Shown here one piece after another: positions 52,306-63,735 of a DNA stretch of 64,000 nucleotides. This stretch comes from Bacillus subtilis subsp. subtilis str. 168 (GTDB lineage: Bacteria; Bacillota; Bacilli; Bacillales; Bacillaceae). Within the stretch, counting starts at the first letter, position 1. Each line of letters starts with the position of its first letter. A program made the position numbers and the translations under genes. Below the pieces are notes generated by a model. The model was not told the DNA's origin and searched no databases. It saw only the letters and a program-made list of their open reading frames with translations. The DNA lies in the NCBI RefSeq assembly GCF_000009045.1, contig NC_000964.3:3100001-3164000 (forward strand), in the 5' to 3' direction.

Positions 52306-53717
52306 CGCCTCTCACCTCCTAATGCAGAGATCATCGGCTTCAATTTAATCTGTGTTTCTTCATATTCCGAGATTGGTTCCGAGTCTTCCACAATACCGCA
52401 CCCGGCAAACAGCCTTGCTGTGCTTCCTTCGATGAGCCCTGAACGAATGGCGACCGCGAATTCCCCGTTATCCTGGCTGTCAATCCAGCCGATAGGGGCC
52501 GCATACCAGCCGCGGGACATCGGTTCAATCTCCCTGATCACGTCAACAGCTTTTTCCTGAGGTGATCCCCCAAGCGCGGGAGTGGGGTGCAGCTTCTCAA
52601 TTAAGTCAAAAATCGAAGCAGACTCGCGCAGCTGTCCGACAATCGGCGTAAACAGGTGCTGAACGCTTTTTGTTTTGTACAAAACAGGTCCATCAGGCTT
52701 TTCAACCTCTGAACAGCTTGATACAAAAGCATTATGAATCATACCTACCACAATATCATGCTCAAGCAGGTTTTTCTCATCGTTTAATAATTCAAGGCCT
52801 ATCCGGCGGTCGTCTTCTTCATTCACGCCTCGTTTAATGGAGCCTGCCAGACAGGAAGACATGACAGTGCCGCCGTCTCTTTTGATCAGTCTTTCCGGAG
52901 ACGCGCCGACAAAGGTTTTGCCTTCTTGTTCAATTGCAAAAACATAGCTTGTCTGCTGATCGTCCAGAAGCGTTTTAAGCACCGGTTCAATTTGGATTGG
53001 ACCGTCAAACGTGAGCAGCAGCTCTCGGGCAAGAACAACCTTATCATATTGTTTCTCTTTAATTTGGCTTGTGGCCGTTTCGATTGCTTTCAGCCAATCA
53101 TCCTTATCCAGCTCTTCGGCTGCTGCAATCACAGCCTGATCTTCTTGCTTGAAATCGGGAACCATAAATTCCGCCGCAAAAGCTTTTAAGCCTTCTAAAA
53201 CAGCTTCTGCGTCTTCTCCTCCGCTTACCCATCTGTTAACTGTTAAGAACGGGCCTTCAGCAGTCATCGTCAGCATAAGCGCAGGCACAAAGAAATCCCC
53301 TTCCGAGAAATGGTCCCATTGTGAACCTCTTTCTTCGCAAGGGTCAAAAGAAAATCCTCCGAATAACACAGGTCCCACTGCAGAATGCTGCAGCTTTTCT
53401 TCTTCATAAATATGAAAAGCCGTCTTTTTAAAGCGCTCCCATTGTTCAAAAACCTCACGATACCGCTCGCTGTTTTTTTGATTTGTCTGGAAAACCGCTT
53501 CTTTGCCAAGACCGACTATTGTCAATTCACTTTCAGGATCTGACCAAAAAAATCGATTGCCTGTATATTTTTTTGCTCCGTAATTGAAAAATGATAGAGG
53601 GTCAAGAGACTCGATTTGTCTCGAATAGCTTATTAAGACAGCATGGTTGACTTCTTTGGCTTTATGTAATGCATGTAGAACTTCCTTTCGGAACGTACGC
53701 TGCACCGTTGTCACCAT
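52302..53717 (-). CDS. menF: Menaquinone-specific isochorismate synthase
   Basis: [26 protein letters not shown]; 471 aa from MVTTVQ with SD GGAGG. Confidence 0.95.
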
Positions 53718-53818
53718 GAGACATTCCTCCATAATCCTTAAAATGCTTTTAATACCATACACCTGTGTCTCCTTTGTGTCAAACACAGATCATGCAGTCC
53801 AAATGGCCTGCCTTACCT

Positions 53819-53846
53819 ATTATAAACCTAATTTCAGAAATGAAAA
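53819..53846 (-). promoter_or_regulatory. Candidate sigA promoter of the men operon
   Basis: TATAAT with weak TTTTCA 16 nt upstream. Confidence 0.5.
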
Positions 53847-54006
53847 AGAAACAAAGCTTAAATTTCTTTCTCCACTGATAGCAAAGGTTGTATCCGCTTA
53901 CCATAAAAGGAAAACCTCCTATATTCCTCCACCCGCCATTTATGAAAGTTCTCAGGCGATCTGTTCATACTAAAGGTATGCATCACAGAGAAACGAGGCG
54001 ATCACA

Positions 54007-54726
54007 TTGCTTACGAAAGAACAGCTTCAGCATTTAAAAAATGAACTGGAACAAACGAAAAAAGATATCTTAAACCGTTTCAAAGACAATGATCATTTTC
54101 AGCTTAACTCAGCCTTTCCTTATGATTCGTGGGGTGAGCTTTCGGCATACGACAACCATCCCGGCGATCAGGCGACAGAACTTTACGAGCGTGAGAAAGA
54201 CATCGCTCTAGACTTGCATGAGAGAGAGCACCTTCGGGACATTGAGCATTCATTGAAGGCGATAGAAAACGGTACGTATGGCATTTGTGAAGTCAGCGGA
54301 AAGGAAATCCCTTTCGAACGACTTGAAGCGCTTCCGACTGCCACAACCCTCGCGGAGTATTCGTCACAGGACGTGGTTTCCAAAGACCGTCCGATTGAAG
54401 AAGAAACACCATTCGGGCAATTTGAATTTGATGATGATGAAGAAATCAGAGCGCCATATGACAGTGAGGATTCCTATCAGGATGTCGAAAAATATGGGAA
54501 CTCACAAACGCCGCAGGATATGGAAAACCCTCCGCTCAGCTATGATGATATGACGATGAATGCCGAAGAGAATATCGGCAATACGGAGTCTTACGAAAAT
54601 TTCATCGCTACAGATATCACTGGGAAAGAAATTACCGTTTATCAAAGCAGAGCCCATGAGCGCTATGAAGAAGAACTTGACGAAGAGGGAATCATGACCA
54701 CATTCGGCGATCTCCACGCTGATTGA
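54007..54726 (+). CDS. yteA: DksA/TraR-family sporulation protein with acidic tail
   Basis: GTYGICEVSGKEIPFERLEALP family motif; TTG start with SD GAGG; CATACTA -10-like element at 53966-53972. Confidence 0.85.
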   Translation: MLTKEQLQHLKNELEQTKKDILNRFKDNDHFQLNSAFPYDSWGELSAYDNHPGDQATELYEREKDIALDLHEREHLRDIEHSLKAIENGTYGICEVSGKEIPFERLEALPTATTLAEYSSQDVVSKDRPIEEETPFGQFEFDDDEEIRAPYDSEDSYQDVEKYGNSQTPQDMENPPLSYDDMTMNAEENIGNTESYENFIATDITGKEITVYQSRAHERYEEELDEEGIMTTFGDLHAD

Positions 54727-54751
54727 ACCCCCAATTATTGGGGGTTCTTTT
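54725..54751 (+). terminator. yteA terminator overlapping the ytdA 3' end
   Basis: GAACCCCCAA-tta-TTGGGGGTTC-TTTT. Confidence 0.8.
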
Positions 54752-55553
54752 CCGTTTTCAGCATATCGTAAATCAGCTTCAGATAATCCTTTTGCAGGCC
54801 GATGTCATACCGCTCGCCCTCTAGCAATTTCCCGTATACGGTACATGCCCCGAGCGAAGCTTTTATCGCATCCGTTACCTGCACTTCTCCTCCGCTATCA
54901 GCTTCTAATGCCTCCAGCTCATTAAAAATATCCGGTGTGAAAATATAACGCCCTGCTGCGGCAAAATGAGACGGAGGGTTTTGTTTAGGCTTTTCCACAA
55001 TATCCTGTATGCGATAAAGCCCTTTTTCAACAGGCTCCCCTTTTATCACCCCGTAATGATGTAAATCCTCCGTTTTTGTTTCTTTTAAGCCGATCACACT
55101 GGACTGATATTTCGTATACGCTTCAATCAGCTGCCCCAAAGCCGGCTGATTGGCGGAAAAAATCAGATCATCTGGCAAAACGACGGCAAAAGGCTCTCCT
55201 CCTGCAAATTGCTTTCCGAAAGAAATGGCGTCGCCAAGACCCTTTGCATAAGGCTGCCGCACATAGTGAATCCGTATATCCGGAATGGGATGCTCTCTAA
55301 GTAAATGCAGTTTATTCTTAGAGGCCAAAAAAGCCTCAAGTGCCAAAGAGGAATCAAAATAGTCGACAATCAGATTTTTATGGCTCGATACAACCATCAA
55401 AATGTCCTCAATGCCTGACTCCTTTAATTCTTCAACAAGATAATGAATCACAGGCTTAGATCCTACCGGAAACATTTCTTTCGGAATCACCTTCGTCACC
55501 GGCAGATTTCTCGTGCCGAATCCGCCTGCAGGAATGATCGCTTTTTTTATCAT
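54735..55553 (-). CDS. ytdA: UTP-glucose-1-phosphate uridylyltransferase paralog
   Basis: PAGGFGTR..PKEM, QPYAKGLGDAI, VEKP, RYDIG. Confidence 0.9.
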   Translation of the reverse strand: MIKKAIIPAGGFGTRNLPVTKVIPKEMFPVGSKPVIHYLVEELKESGIEDILMVVSSHKNLIVDYFDSSLALEAFLASKNKLHLLREHPIPDIRIHYVRQPYAKGLGDAISFGKQFAGGEPFAVVLPDDLIFSANQPALGQLIEAYTKYQSSVIGLKETKTEDLHHYGVIKGEPVEKGLYRIQDIVEKPKQNPPSHFAAAGRYIFTPDIFNELEALEADSGGEVQVTDAIKASLGACTVYGKLLEGERYDIGLQKDYLKLIYDMLKTEKNPQ

Positions 55554-55724
55554 GGTATTTTCCCCTCAGCTCATGTTTATTACATGATATTCCAAGAGCG
55601 CATCCCGATGTTTGTACATCTGAAATTAGGCGGAAGCAACTGGGCAGAAAGCGGAATCACGAACCAGCCCTTTTTTAATAGGATATTGATATATGACCAG
55701 TAATCTTGTAAAGGAGCTCAGGTG

Positions 55725-57011
55725 ATGAAAATTTGTGTGGTTGGCGCCGGGTATGTCGGTTTAACCCTATCAGCGGCACTGGCATCCATCGGACATGACA
55801 TGATATGCACAGACAAAGACGTCAAAAAAATCGGGCAGCTGAAAAAAGGAGTCATTCCCTTTTACGAGCCTGGGCTTTCAGATGCAATACTTCGTTGCGG
55901 CAATCTCTCGTTTTCTTCTGAAGTGAAATCGAGCATGGAGGAATGTCCCGTTATTTTTATCGCAGTCGGAACTCCGCCGCGTTCGGACGGATCAGCTGAT
56001 ACGAAAGCCCTGCAGTCCGTCATCGGTGATTTAAGCGAGGCGATCCGATCGTATAAAACCATTATTACGAAAAGCACTGTTCCGCCCGGGACAAATGAAA
56101 ACATAGCAAAACAGCTGATTGCCTCCGGAGTGTCTAAAAACCTCTTTAATATCGTATCCAATCCGGAGTTTCTGCGGGAAGGCAATGCCTTATATGACAT
56201 GCTGCATCCTGACAAAACAGTCATCGGTGTTCAGGAAGAAGATCACGTATCGGCAGCCATCGTCAAATCCATTTACAAACACATTGATACCCCTTTTATC
56301 GTTACAAGCTTAGCGGGAGCAGAGCTGATCAAATATGCCAACAATTTCTTTTTAGCGGCCAAAATTTCGTTCATTAACGAAATGGCCCGCATATGTGAAG
56401 CCTATCAATCAGATATCTCAGATATTTCCCGCGCTATCGGTCTAGACCCAAGGATCGGGAAGCACTTTTTGCAGGCAGGCATCGGATACGGAGGCTCTTG
56501 TTTTCCAAAGGATCTGCAGGCGCTGCAATTTGCTGCCCAGGAAAAAAACACGGAGACCTTCCTGCTCCGGGCCGTGCAGCACATTAATGACACCCAGCTT
56601 GGCCTGTATATCAAAAAAATACAGTCATTCTTCGAAACACTTCAAGGCAAGAAAGCGGCTGTACTCGGCATTTCCTTCAAACCGAATACTGATGACATCC
56701 GGAATTCTCAGGCTGTCAGACTGATGGAAAGGCTGGCGGAGCTGGGATGTGATGTTCATGCATATGATCCTGAAGCTGTACTTCCAGAACATTTGCGGCA
56801 ACATGTAACTCAGCATTCTCAAGCTTTTGATGCGATCGAAGAGAGTGACTTTTTATTTTTGGCGACAGAATGGTCTGAGTTTTTAGCGTTTGATTGGAAA
56901 AAGGCTGCAGATATCATGAAAGGGCGTCTTGTGATTGACGGACGCAACGTACTAAAAAAAGAACTGATCGAGGCTTGCGGCCTGATCTGTACGGGAGTTG
57001 GCCGTCCATGA
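55725..57011 (+). CDS. ytcA: UDP-glucose 6-dehydrogenase
   Basis: GAGYVG, KSTVPPG, NPEFLREG, GYGGSCFPKD. Confidence 0.92.
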   Translation: MKICVVGAGYVGLTLSAALASIGHDMICTDKDVKKIGQLKKGVIPFYEPGLSDAILRCGNLSFSSEVKSSMEECPVIFIAVGTPPRSDGSADTKALQSVIGDLSEAIRSYKTIITKSTVPPGTNENIAKQLIASGVSKNLFNIVSNPEFLREGNALYDMLHPDKTVIGVQEEDHVSAAIVKSIYKHIDTPFIVTSLAGAELIKYANNFFLAAKISFINEMARICEAYQSDISDISRAIGLDPRIGKHFLQAGIGYGGSCFPKDLQALQFAAQEKNTETFLLRAVQHINDTQLGLYIKKIQSFFETLQGKKAAVLGISFKPNTDDIRNSQAVRLMERLAELGCDVHAYDPEAVLPEHLRQHVTQHSQAFDAIEESDFLFLATEWSEFLAFDWKKAADIMKGRLVIDGRNVLKKELIEACGLICTGVGRP

Positions 57012-57958
57012 AAATACTCGTCACAGGAGCAGCGGGCTTTATCGGCTCCCACCTCTGCGAAGAATTACTAAAAGATAAGAAACATAACGTTATCGGAATC
57101 GATGACTTTATCGGTCCTACTCCATTTTCCTTGAAATTAAAAAACCTTAAAAACCTGCTGCCGGAAAAGCGATTTACGTTCATAAAGGAAAATCTGCTGA
57201 CAGCCGATCTTGCTTCCTTACTGGAAGGAGTGGACGTCATCTTTCATTTGGCGGCCATACCGGGTGTCCGCTCAAGCTGGGGCAATCATTTTCACCCATA
57301 TGCCGCACATAATATCCAAGCGCTCCAAAGGCTCCTCGAGGCGTGCCGGGAACATTCTATTCAAACGTTCGTCTTTGCATCCACCTCTTCCGTCTATGGC
57401 GAAAAACAAGGAAAAGTCAGCGAAAACACGTCGCTTTCTCCTTTATCTCCGTACGGGGTAACAAAGCTTACGGGAGAAAAGCTTTGCCATGTGTATAAAC
57501 AGAGCTTTGGCATTCCAATTGTGATTCTCCGTTTTTTTACCGTATACGGGCCAAGACAGCGGCCGGATATGGCTTTTCACCGGCTCATTAAGCAGCACCT
57601 TCAGCAAAAGCCGCTTACCATCTTCGGTGATGGGCAGCAGTCAAGAGATTTCACTTATATCAGCGACTGTGTCAAAGGCATCACCGCTGTTCTTGGGAAA
57701 CCCCACCTTATTGGTGAAACAGTAAATATCGGCGGCGCAGAGCGTGCCTCAGTCTTAAAAGTTGTCTCCCTCATTGAGGATATTTCCGGGAGAAAAGCAA
57801 CACTGCACTTTTCGGACAAAATAGCAGGGGAACCGAGCAACACGTGGGCGGATATTTCAAAAGCAAAACAGCTCTTGCATTATGATCCCGCCACATCCTT
57901 AAAGGATGGCTTGACCAACGAAATCGCCTATTTATCGTCGCTGTATCAGGGGGAATAA
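57008..57958 (+). CDS. ytcB: NAD-dependent epimerase (UDP-glucuronate 4-epimerase-like SDR)
   Basis: TGAAGFIG, YGVTK, RFFTVYGP..RPDMA; ATGA-coupled to ytcA. Confidence 0.9.
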   Translation: MKILVTGAAGFIGSHLCEELLKDKKHNVIGIDDFIGPTPFSLKLKNLKNLLPEKRFTFIKENLLTADLASLLEGVDVIFHLAAIPGVRSSWGNHFHPYAAHNIQALQRLLEACREHSIQTFVFASTSSVYGEKQGKVSENTSLSPLSPYGVTKLTGEKLCHVYKQSFGIPIVILRFFTVYGPRQRPDMAFHRLIKQHLQQKPLTIFGDGQQSRDFTYISDCVKGITAVLGKPHLIGETVNIGGAERASVLKVVSLIEDISGRKATLHFSDKIAGEPSNTWADISKAKQLLHYDPATSLKDGLTNEIAYLSSLYQGE

Positions 57959-57960
57959 AA

Positions 57961-59184
57961 ATGAAGCTTGCCTTTATCTGTACAGAAAAGCTGCCGGCGC
58001 CCGCAGTACGCGGCGGCGCTATTCAAATGATGATTGACGGTGTCACGCCCTATTTCAGCAGCAGGTACGACCTGACCATTTTTTCAATAGAAGATCCATC
58101 GCTCCCAAAAAGAGAAACAAAAGACGGCGTACATTATATCCATCTGCCAAAAGAACATTACCGCGAGGCGGTAGCCGAAGAGCTGCGAGCCTCTTCCTTT
58201 GACCTCATTCATGTGTTCAACAGGCCTTTAAATGTCTCTTTATATAAAAAAGCCTCACCAAACAGCAAGATCGTTCTGAGCCTGCATAACGAAATGTTTT
58301 CTGAAAAAAAGATGACCTTCGCGCAAGGAAAAGAAGTACTCGACAATGTCTCCATGATCACAACAGTGAGCGAATTTATTAAACAAACCGTCATTGAACG
58401 TTTCCCTGAAGCCGAGGACATCACAAAAGTTGTGTATTCCGGCGTTGATTTAAACTCTTATCCGCCCGTCTGGACGATGAAAGGCTCGGCTGTCAGAAAA
58501 ACATACCGGAAAAAATACGGTATTGAAGATAAAAAAGTTATTTTATTCGCCGGCCGCTTAAGCCCGACAAAAGGGCCTCACCTTCTCATTCACAGCATGA
58601 GACGGATTTTGCAGCAGCACCCTGATGCTGTACTGGTCATAGCAGGCGGGAAGTGGTTCAGCGATGACAGCGAAAACCAATATGTCACCTATCTGCGCAC
58701 GCTGGCGCTGCCATACAGAGACCACATAATCTTTACAAAATTCATTCCCGCAGACGATATCCCAAACCTTTTTCTGATGGCAGATGTATTTGTGTGCAGC
58801 TCTCAGTGGAACGAACCCCTCGCCCGTGTGAATTATGAAGCAATGGCGGCCGGCACGCCCTTAATTACCACAAACCGGGGCGGAAACGGTGAAGTCGTAA
58901 AACACGAAGTCACCGGCCTTGTCATCGATAGCTACAACAAACCTTCTTCATTTGCAAAAGCAATTGACAGAGCCTTTACAGATCAAGAATTAATGAACAA
59001 AATGACAAAAAACGCCCGAAAGCATGTAGAAGCTTTATTTACCTTTACCCATGCTGCCAAAAGGCTCAATACTGTTTACCAATCCGTTCTGACCCCGAAA
59101 AACAAACAATTTCCGCCGCCTTTTCTGACGCAAAATTTTGATTTATCATCTATCAATCAGCTTTTTGTGAAAGCAAAAACATAA
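57961..59184 (+). CDS. ytcC: GT4 glycosyltransferase (CotSA-like)
   Basis: FAGRLSPTKG, EPLARVNYEAMAAG (E-x7-E). Confidence 0.9.
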   Translation: MKLAFICTEKLPAPAVRGGAIQMMIDGVTPYFSSRYDLTIFSIEDPSLPKRETKDGVHYIHLPKEHYREAVAEELRASSFDLIHVFNRPLNVSLYKKASPNSKIVLSLHNEMFSEKKMTFAQGKEVLDNVSMITTVSEFIKQTVIERFPEAEDITKVVYSGVDLNSYPPVWTMKGSAVRKTYRKKYGIEDKKVILFAGRLSPTKGPHLLIHSMRRILQQHPDAVLVIAGGKWFSDDSENQYVTYLRTLALPYRDHIIFTKFIPADDIPNLFLMADVFVCSSQWNEPLARVNYEAMAAGTPLITTNRGGNGEVVKHEVTGLVIDSYNKPSSFAKAIDRAFTDQELMNKMTKNARKHVEALFTFTHAAKRLNTVYQSVLTPKNKQFPPPFLTQNFDLSSINQLFVKAKT

Positions 59185-59189
59185 AACCT

Positions 59190-59220
59190 ACAGCTCGTGT
59201 TGCAAAACGGGCTGTTTTTT
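59190..59220 (+). terminator. ytcABC terminator
   Basis: ACAGCTCGT-8nt-ACGGGCTGT plus U-tract. Confidence 0.75.
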
Positions 59221-59235
59221 CGCTACAGAGAACTT

Positions 59236-59266
59236 AAAAAAAGGCATAAATGTGACTTTATGCCTT
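59236..59266 (-). terminator. ytxO terminator overlapping its stop codon
   Basis: AAGGCATAAA-6nt-TTTATGCCTT plus a U-tract on the minus strand. Confidence 0.8.
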
Positions 59267-59689
59267 GCGCTTTACAGTTTGAGAAAACCATGGAGCTGGT
59301 TTAGATTCACTTGGAAGAATGATGATTTCCACTTTAGCTTCTTCCGCTAAGTCTGGTTCTTCATCTTCATCCTCTTCTTCATATGGGGGCGCTGAGCGTT
59401 TCGAATCACGCTCCTCCTCAGGCTCCAGAGTGGTTTCGAATTTTGTTTCTTCTTCATCATCGACGATTTTGCGATCTGTTTCCTTTTCCTTCGTTTCTTT
59501 TTGATATTCTTTCGGTGCATTGATGTGAGGGAGCTCTCGAATGCTGCCCACATCTAAATGCTTCTCCTCTTCTTCCTTCTCAGCTGAGATTGAGTCATGA
59601 GCCTGCCATCCCATCGGTCCAGGCGGTGTAAATACGAATTGGTCGAGATCCAGTTTAGAAATAGAGGCTTTTTGTCTCGATGACCTCAT
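59258..59689 (-). CDS. ytxO: Acidic low-complexity spore coat protein
   Basis: 143 aa, E/D-rich; last gene of cotSA-cotS-ytxO. Confidence 0.8.
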   Translation of the reverse strand: MRSSRQKASISKLDLDQFVFTPPGPMGWQAHDSISAEKEEEEKHLDVGSIRELPHINAPKEYQKETKEKETDRKIVDDEEETKFETTLEPEEERDSKRSAPPYEEEDEDEEPDLAEEAKVEIIILPSESKPAPWFSQTVKRKA

Positions 59690-59690
59690 G

Positions 59691-60746
59691 TCAATTCGCC
59701 TCCCGATACGCTTTTATCTTTTTATACAGTTCCGGCAGTTTATCCAAAAACGAATCTTTAGATTCTTCAACAGAAATCATGTTTTGCAGCGCCCAGTTAT
59801 ACTTCTCATCTGACCACGTTTTCTTTTGCTTCAAATAATATTTGTGCCCGATTGCACAGAACAAATGCGGAAACGCGAGATCAATCCAAAGTACCTCGTA
59901 CTGTTTTTCTGTGAGCGGATACACTGCGTCGTAGGCCGCAAGCAGTGCAACCATGAAATCAGTATCCCATACAGAAAGCTTAACCATCACTTTATTCAGC
60001 AGAATACGAAGGTCTCTTGACGGCAAATCGTAGGTAATCGAGTGAAGCTCCTTTAAAAAAGGCTCCCCTTCGATCTCAGTCAAACGTGCCAATGTAAAAT
60101 CCTGAAAACAGAATCCGCCATGCTCGAGTGTCTCTTTTGTCCAGGTTTCGTATTCTGAGTCATCAAGCGCTCTGAGAGCTTCTTTTCCTCTTGCCAGCAT
60201 TTTATCAGCATGTTTTAAGAAAGTTTGCGAAAATACGTCATCAGGATAGGATGCTGCGATCTGCATATTCCCTTCAAGTTCCTGCAGCTTCCAACGGTAC
60301 AATTTGTGCCATTTTCCCAGCCTGCTTCTCTTCTTGCTTTCATCTGTGCAAACATATCCTTTTGAGGCATGATGAAAATGGCCGGCAAATGACATGACTT
60401 TTTTCATTTGCTCTGCATCATAGTAAATCATTTCTTTTCCTGTCACTTTGTCATATAAACTGTAAGAAACCTGATCCGTGCCCAAGCAGCTACCGCCATT
60501 TTTTGTTTGATGAATCGGCGCTATCGGCAGCCCTTTCTCTTGTAAATGGGCGTGTGCCTGAGTGATAAAAAGCATCCGCTCCGGTTTCATTTGCGCTTCT
60601 TTTAGCAGCTTTGGGCCATGATCAGTTTCGACTTCCCAGATTTTGCGCCCGCTTTTGTTCGATTTCAGCGCCACATGGTCGATATGAAACGGATAATAAC
60701 TGAGAATTTCGGACACAATCTGTTCTTCATGCTCTTTTTGGTACAC
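59691..60746 (-). CDS. cotS: Spore coat protein, kinase-like fold (pseudokinase)
   Basis: Aminoglycoside/choline kinase-like layout paralogous to CotI; GTG start after SD AAGGGGTG. Confidence 0.9.
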   Translation of the reverse strand: MYQKEHEEQIVSEILSYYPFHIDHVALKSNKSGRKIWEVETDHGPKLLKEAQMKPERMLFITQAHAHLQEKGLPIAPIHQTKNGGSCLGTDQVSYSLYDKVTGKEMIYYDAEQMKKVMSFAGHFHHASKGYVCTDESKKRSRLGKWHKLYRWKLQELEGNMQIAASYPDDVFSQTFLKHADKMLARGKEALRALDDSEYETWTKETLEHGGFCFQDFTLARLTEIEGEPFLKELHSITYDLPSRDLRILLNKVMVKLSVWDTDFMVALLAAYDAVYPLTEKQYEVLWIDLAFPHLFCAIGHKYYLKQKKTWSDEKYNWALQNMISVEESKDSFLDKLPELYKKIKAYREAN

Positions 60747-60760
60747 TCTGTTCACCCCTT

Positions 60761-61894
60761 CTATCTGTTCTTTTCATAGACGCTGAGCAGATTTTCAGCC
60801 ACCCTCTGCCAGCCAAAATTGCTTTCTGCCTCACGGCGGCTGTATTTCCCAAGCCGTTCCCGCTTTTCCGAGCTGCTCAGCAAATCATTGATACGTTCGG
60901 CATATTGTTTAGGATTTTCAAAGTCATGAATGATGTAGCCGTTTTTCCCTTCCTCTATGACCTCTGGATTGCCTCCCCGATTGCTTGTAATAATAGGAAG
61001 TCCCGCAGCCATCGCTTCATAATGCACCCTTGCTAAAGGCTCCTGCCATTGCGAAGAGCATACAAATACATCTGACATGGTATAAAGGCGCGGAATGTCC
61101 TTTGGCTTCACAAATTGAATAAATGTGACATGATCCTTTTGCATCGCACCAAGGGTATGAAGATGTTTGACATAGTTATTTAATTCATTATCTCCGAACC
61201 ATTTTGACCCGATAAACACCATCATGACATCGGGGTGCTCCTCAATGATGTCCGGCAAAGCCTGCAATAATATGTGCGGGCCTTTGACTTTGCTAAGCCG
61301 GCCGACAAACAAGACGATTTTTTTGCCGTGAAGCCCCAGCTCGCTTCGCATCTCTTCGCGAGCTCGCTGCCCTTCATTCGTCCAGCGAGGGTGGTACGTT
61401 TTTAAATCCACACCAGAATACACCGTTTTTGTTTTTGATCGTGCTGACGGAAAACGGCTTGTGATCGTCTGTCCGATATAATCGCTGACCGTAACAATCT
61501 GCGCTACGGAGTCGATGCAAATCTCGCCTTCCGCCTGGCTGATTTTATCGTAAGCGAACATTTCATTGTGAACGCTTAAAATAAAAACAGCATCCGGCGC
61601 CTGTTTCTTCAATTTCGGAACCCAGCTTGGGCGATTACAAACATGCACAAGATCAAAACGGCTCTTTTTCAGCTCTGCTCCAACGGCTTCTTCATAACGG
61701 TCTTCATCCAAATGCACATAATGGACACCGTCTACCTTCTCTCTATCAGCGAGATTCGGATCTTTAATAGAAAACACAGTCACCTCATGTTTTTTTGCAA
61801 TTAAAGGGGCAACCGCTTCGAGGTAGATTTGAATGGCGCCTCCTCGAACCGATGGGACAGGAAGCTTCTCTGTGGCGATCAGTGCTATTTTCAT
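60761..61894 (-). CDS. cotSA: Spore coat GT4 glycosyltransferase
   Basis: TEKLPVPSVRGGAIQ, FVGRLSKVKG, EPLARVHYE; SD GGAGG. Confidence 0.92.
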   Translation of the reverse strand: MKIALIATEKLPVPSVRGGAIQIYLEAVAPLIAKKHEVTVFSIKDPNLADREKVDGVHYVHLDEDRYEEAVGAELKKSRFDLVHVCNRPSWVPKLKKQAPDAVFILSVHNEMFAYDKISQAEGEICIDSVAQIVTVSDYIGQTITSRFPSARSKTKTVYSGVDLKTYHPRWTNEGQRAREEMRSELGLHGKKIVLFVGRLSKVKGPHILLQALPDIIEEHPDVMMVFIGSKWFGDNELNNYVKHLHTLGAMQKDHVTFIQFVKPKDIPRLYTMSDVFVCSSQWQEPLARVHYEAMAAGLPIITSNRGGNPEVIEEGKNGYIIHDFENPKQYAERINDLLSSSEKRERLGKYSRREAESNFGWQRVAENLLSVYEKNR

Positions 61895-61936
61895 ACATAG
61901 CCTCCATTCCTGCATGATTTTTAACTAGTTAGAATC

Positions 61937-61964
61937 ATGATACGGCTGAACAACCAACTTGTGC
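61937..61964 (-). promoter_or_regulatory. Candidate sigK promoter of cotSA
   Basis: GCACA-15-CGTATCAT. Confidence 0.5.
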
Positions 61965-62032
61965 GGAATGGGACTGCCCTAAAAACAAAACGGGTAAACA
62001 ACCAGATTCATCTATTAAATATAGTCAAATAA

Positions 62033-63157
<1,125 letters not shown>

Positions 63158-63168
63158 GACCATCATTT

Positions 63169-63188
63169 CCCCCGCATATCGGGGGTTT
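63169..63188 (+). terminator. Short hairpin after cotI
   Basis: CCCCCG-catat-CGGGGG-TTT; weak tail. Confidence 0.5.
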
Positions 63189-63211
63189 GATATTTATAAG
63201 ATAAAGGGTAA
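63185..63211 (+). promoter_or_regulatory. sigB promoter of tspO/ytaB
   Basis: GTTTGA-15-GGGTAA. Confidence 0.7.
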
Positions 63212-63236
63212 TTAAATACATGCGGAGGTTGCAAAT

Positions 63237-63704
63237 ATGAAAAAGATTGTCGGCGCTTTAGCCGTTTTTGTGATTACATATGCGCTGTTTTCAGCCGCAG
63301 GCTACCTGTTTCCTGTGGACCAAGAATGGTACAATTCATTGAAAAAACCGGACTGGACGCCAAGCGGAACTGCGATCGGCATCATTTGGGCCATCCTGTT
63401 TGCCCTGATCTCCCTTTCAGCAGCCATTGTATATGCTGCGTTTTCATTTAAAGGTGCGAAAAGCTTTTGGTTTACACTTTTGATAAATTACGTGCTCAAT
63501 CAAGCCTTCAGCTATTTCCAGTTTACGCAAAAAAATCTGCTGGCTGCATCGCTTGACTGCCTGCTTGTCGCCATCACAGCAATCGTATTACTGATCATTG
63601 CCAAAAAATACAGCAGAGCCGCAAGCTATCTTCTTTTGCCTTATTTTTTATGGAGTGCATTTGCGACGTTCTTATCCTTTACAATCAATTCAATGAATCT
63701 GTGA
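63237..63704 (+). CDS. tspO: TspO/MBR-family membrane protein (ytaB)
   Basis: WYNSLKKPDWTP, LPYFLWSAFAT; 5 TM. Confidence 0.9.
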   Translation: MKKIVGALAVFVITYALFSAAGYLFPVDQEWYNSLKKPDWTPSGTAIGIIWAILFALISLSAAIVYAAFSFKGAKSFWFTLLINYVLNQAFSYFQFTQKNLLAASLDCLLVAITAIVLLIIAKKYSRAASYLLLPYFLWSAFATFLSFTINSMNL

Positions 63705-63706
63705 AC

Positions 63707-63735
63707 AAAAAAAGCCGCTTATACAGCGGCTTTTT
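63707..63735. terminator. Bidirectional terminator ytaB/glgP
   Basis: AAAAAGCCGCT-tatac-AGCGGCTTTTT. Confidence 0.88.
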
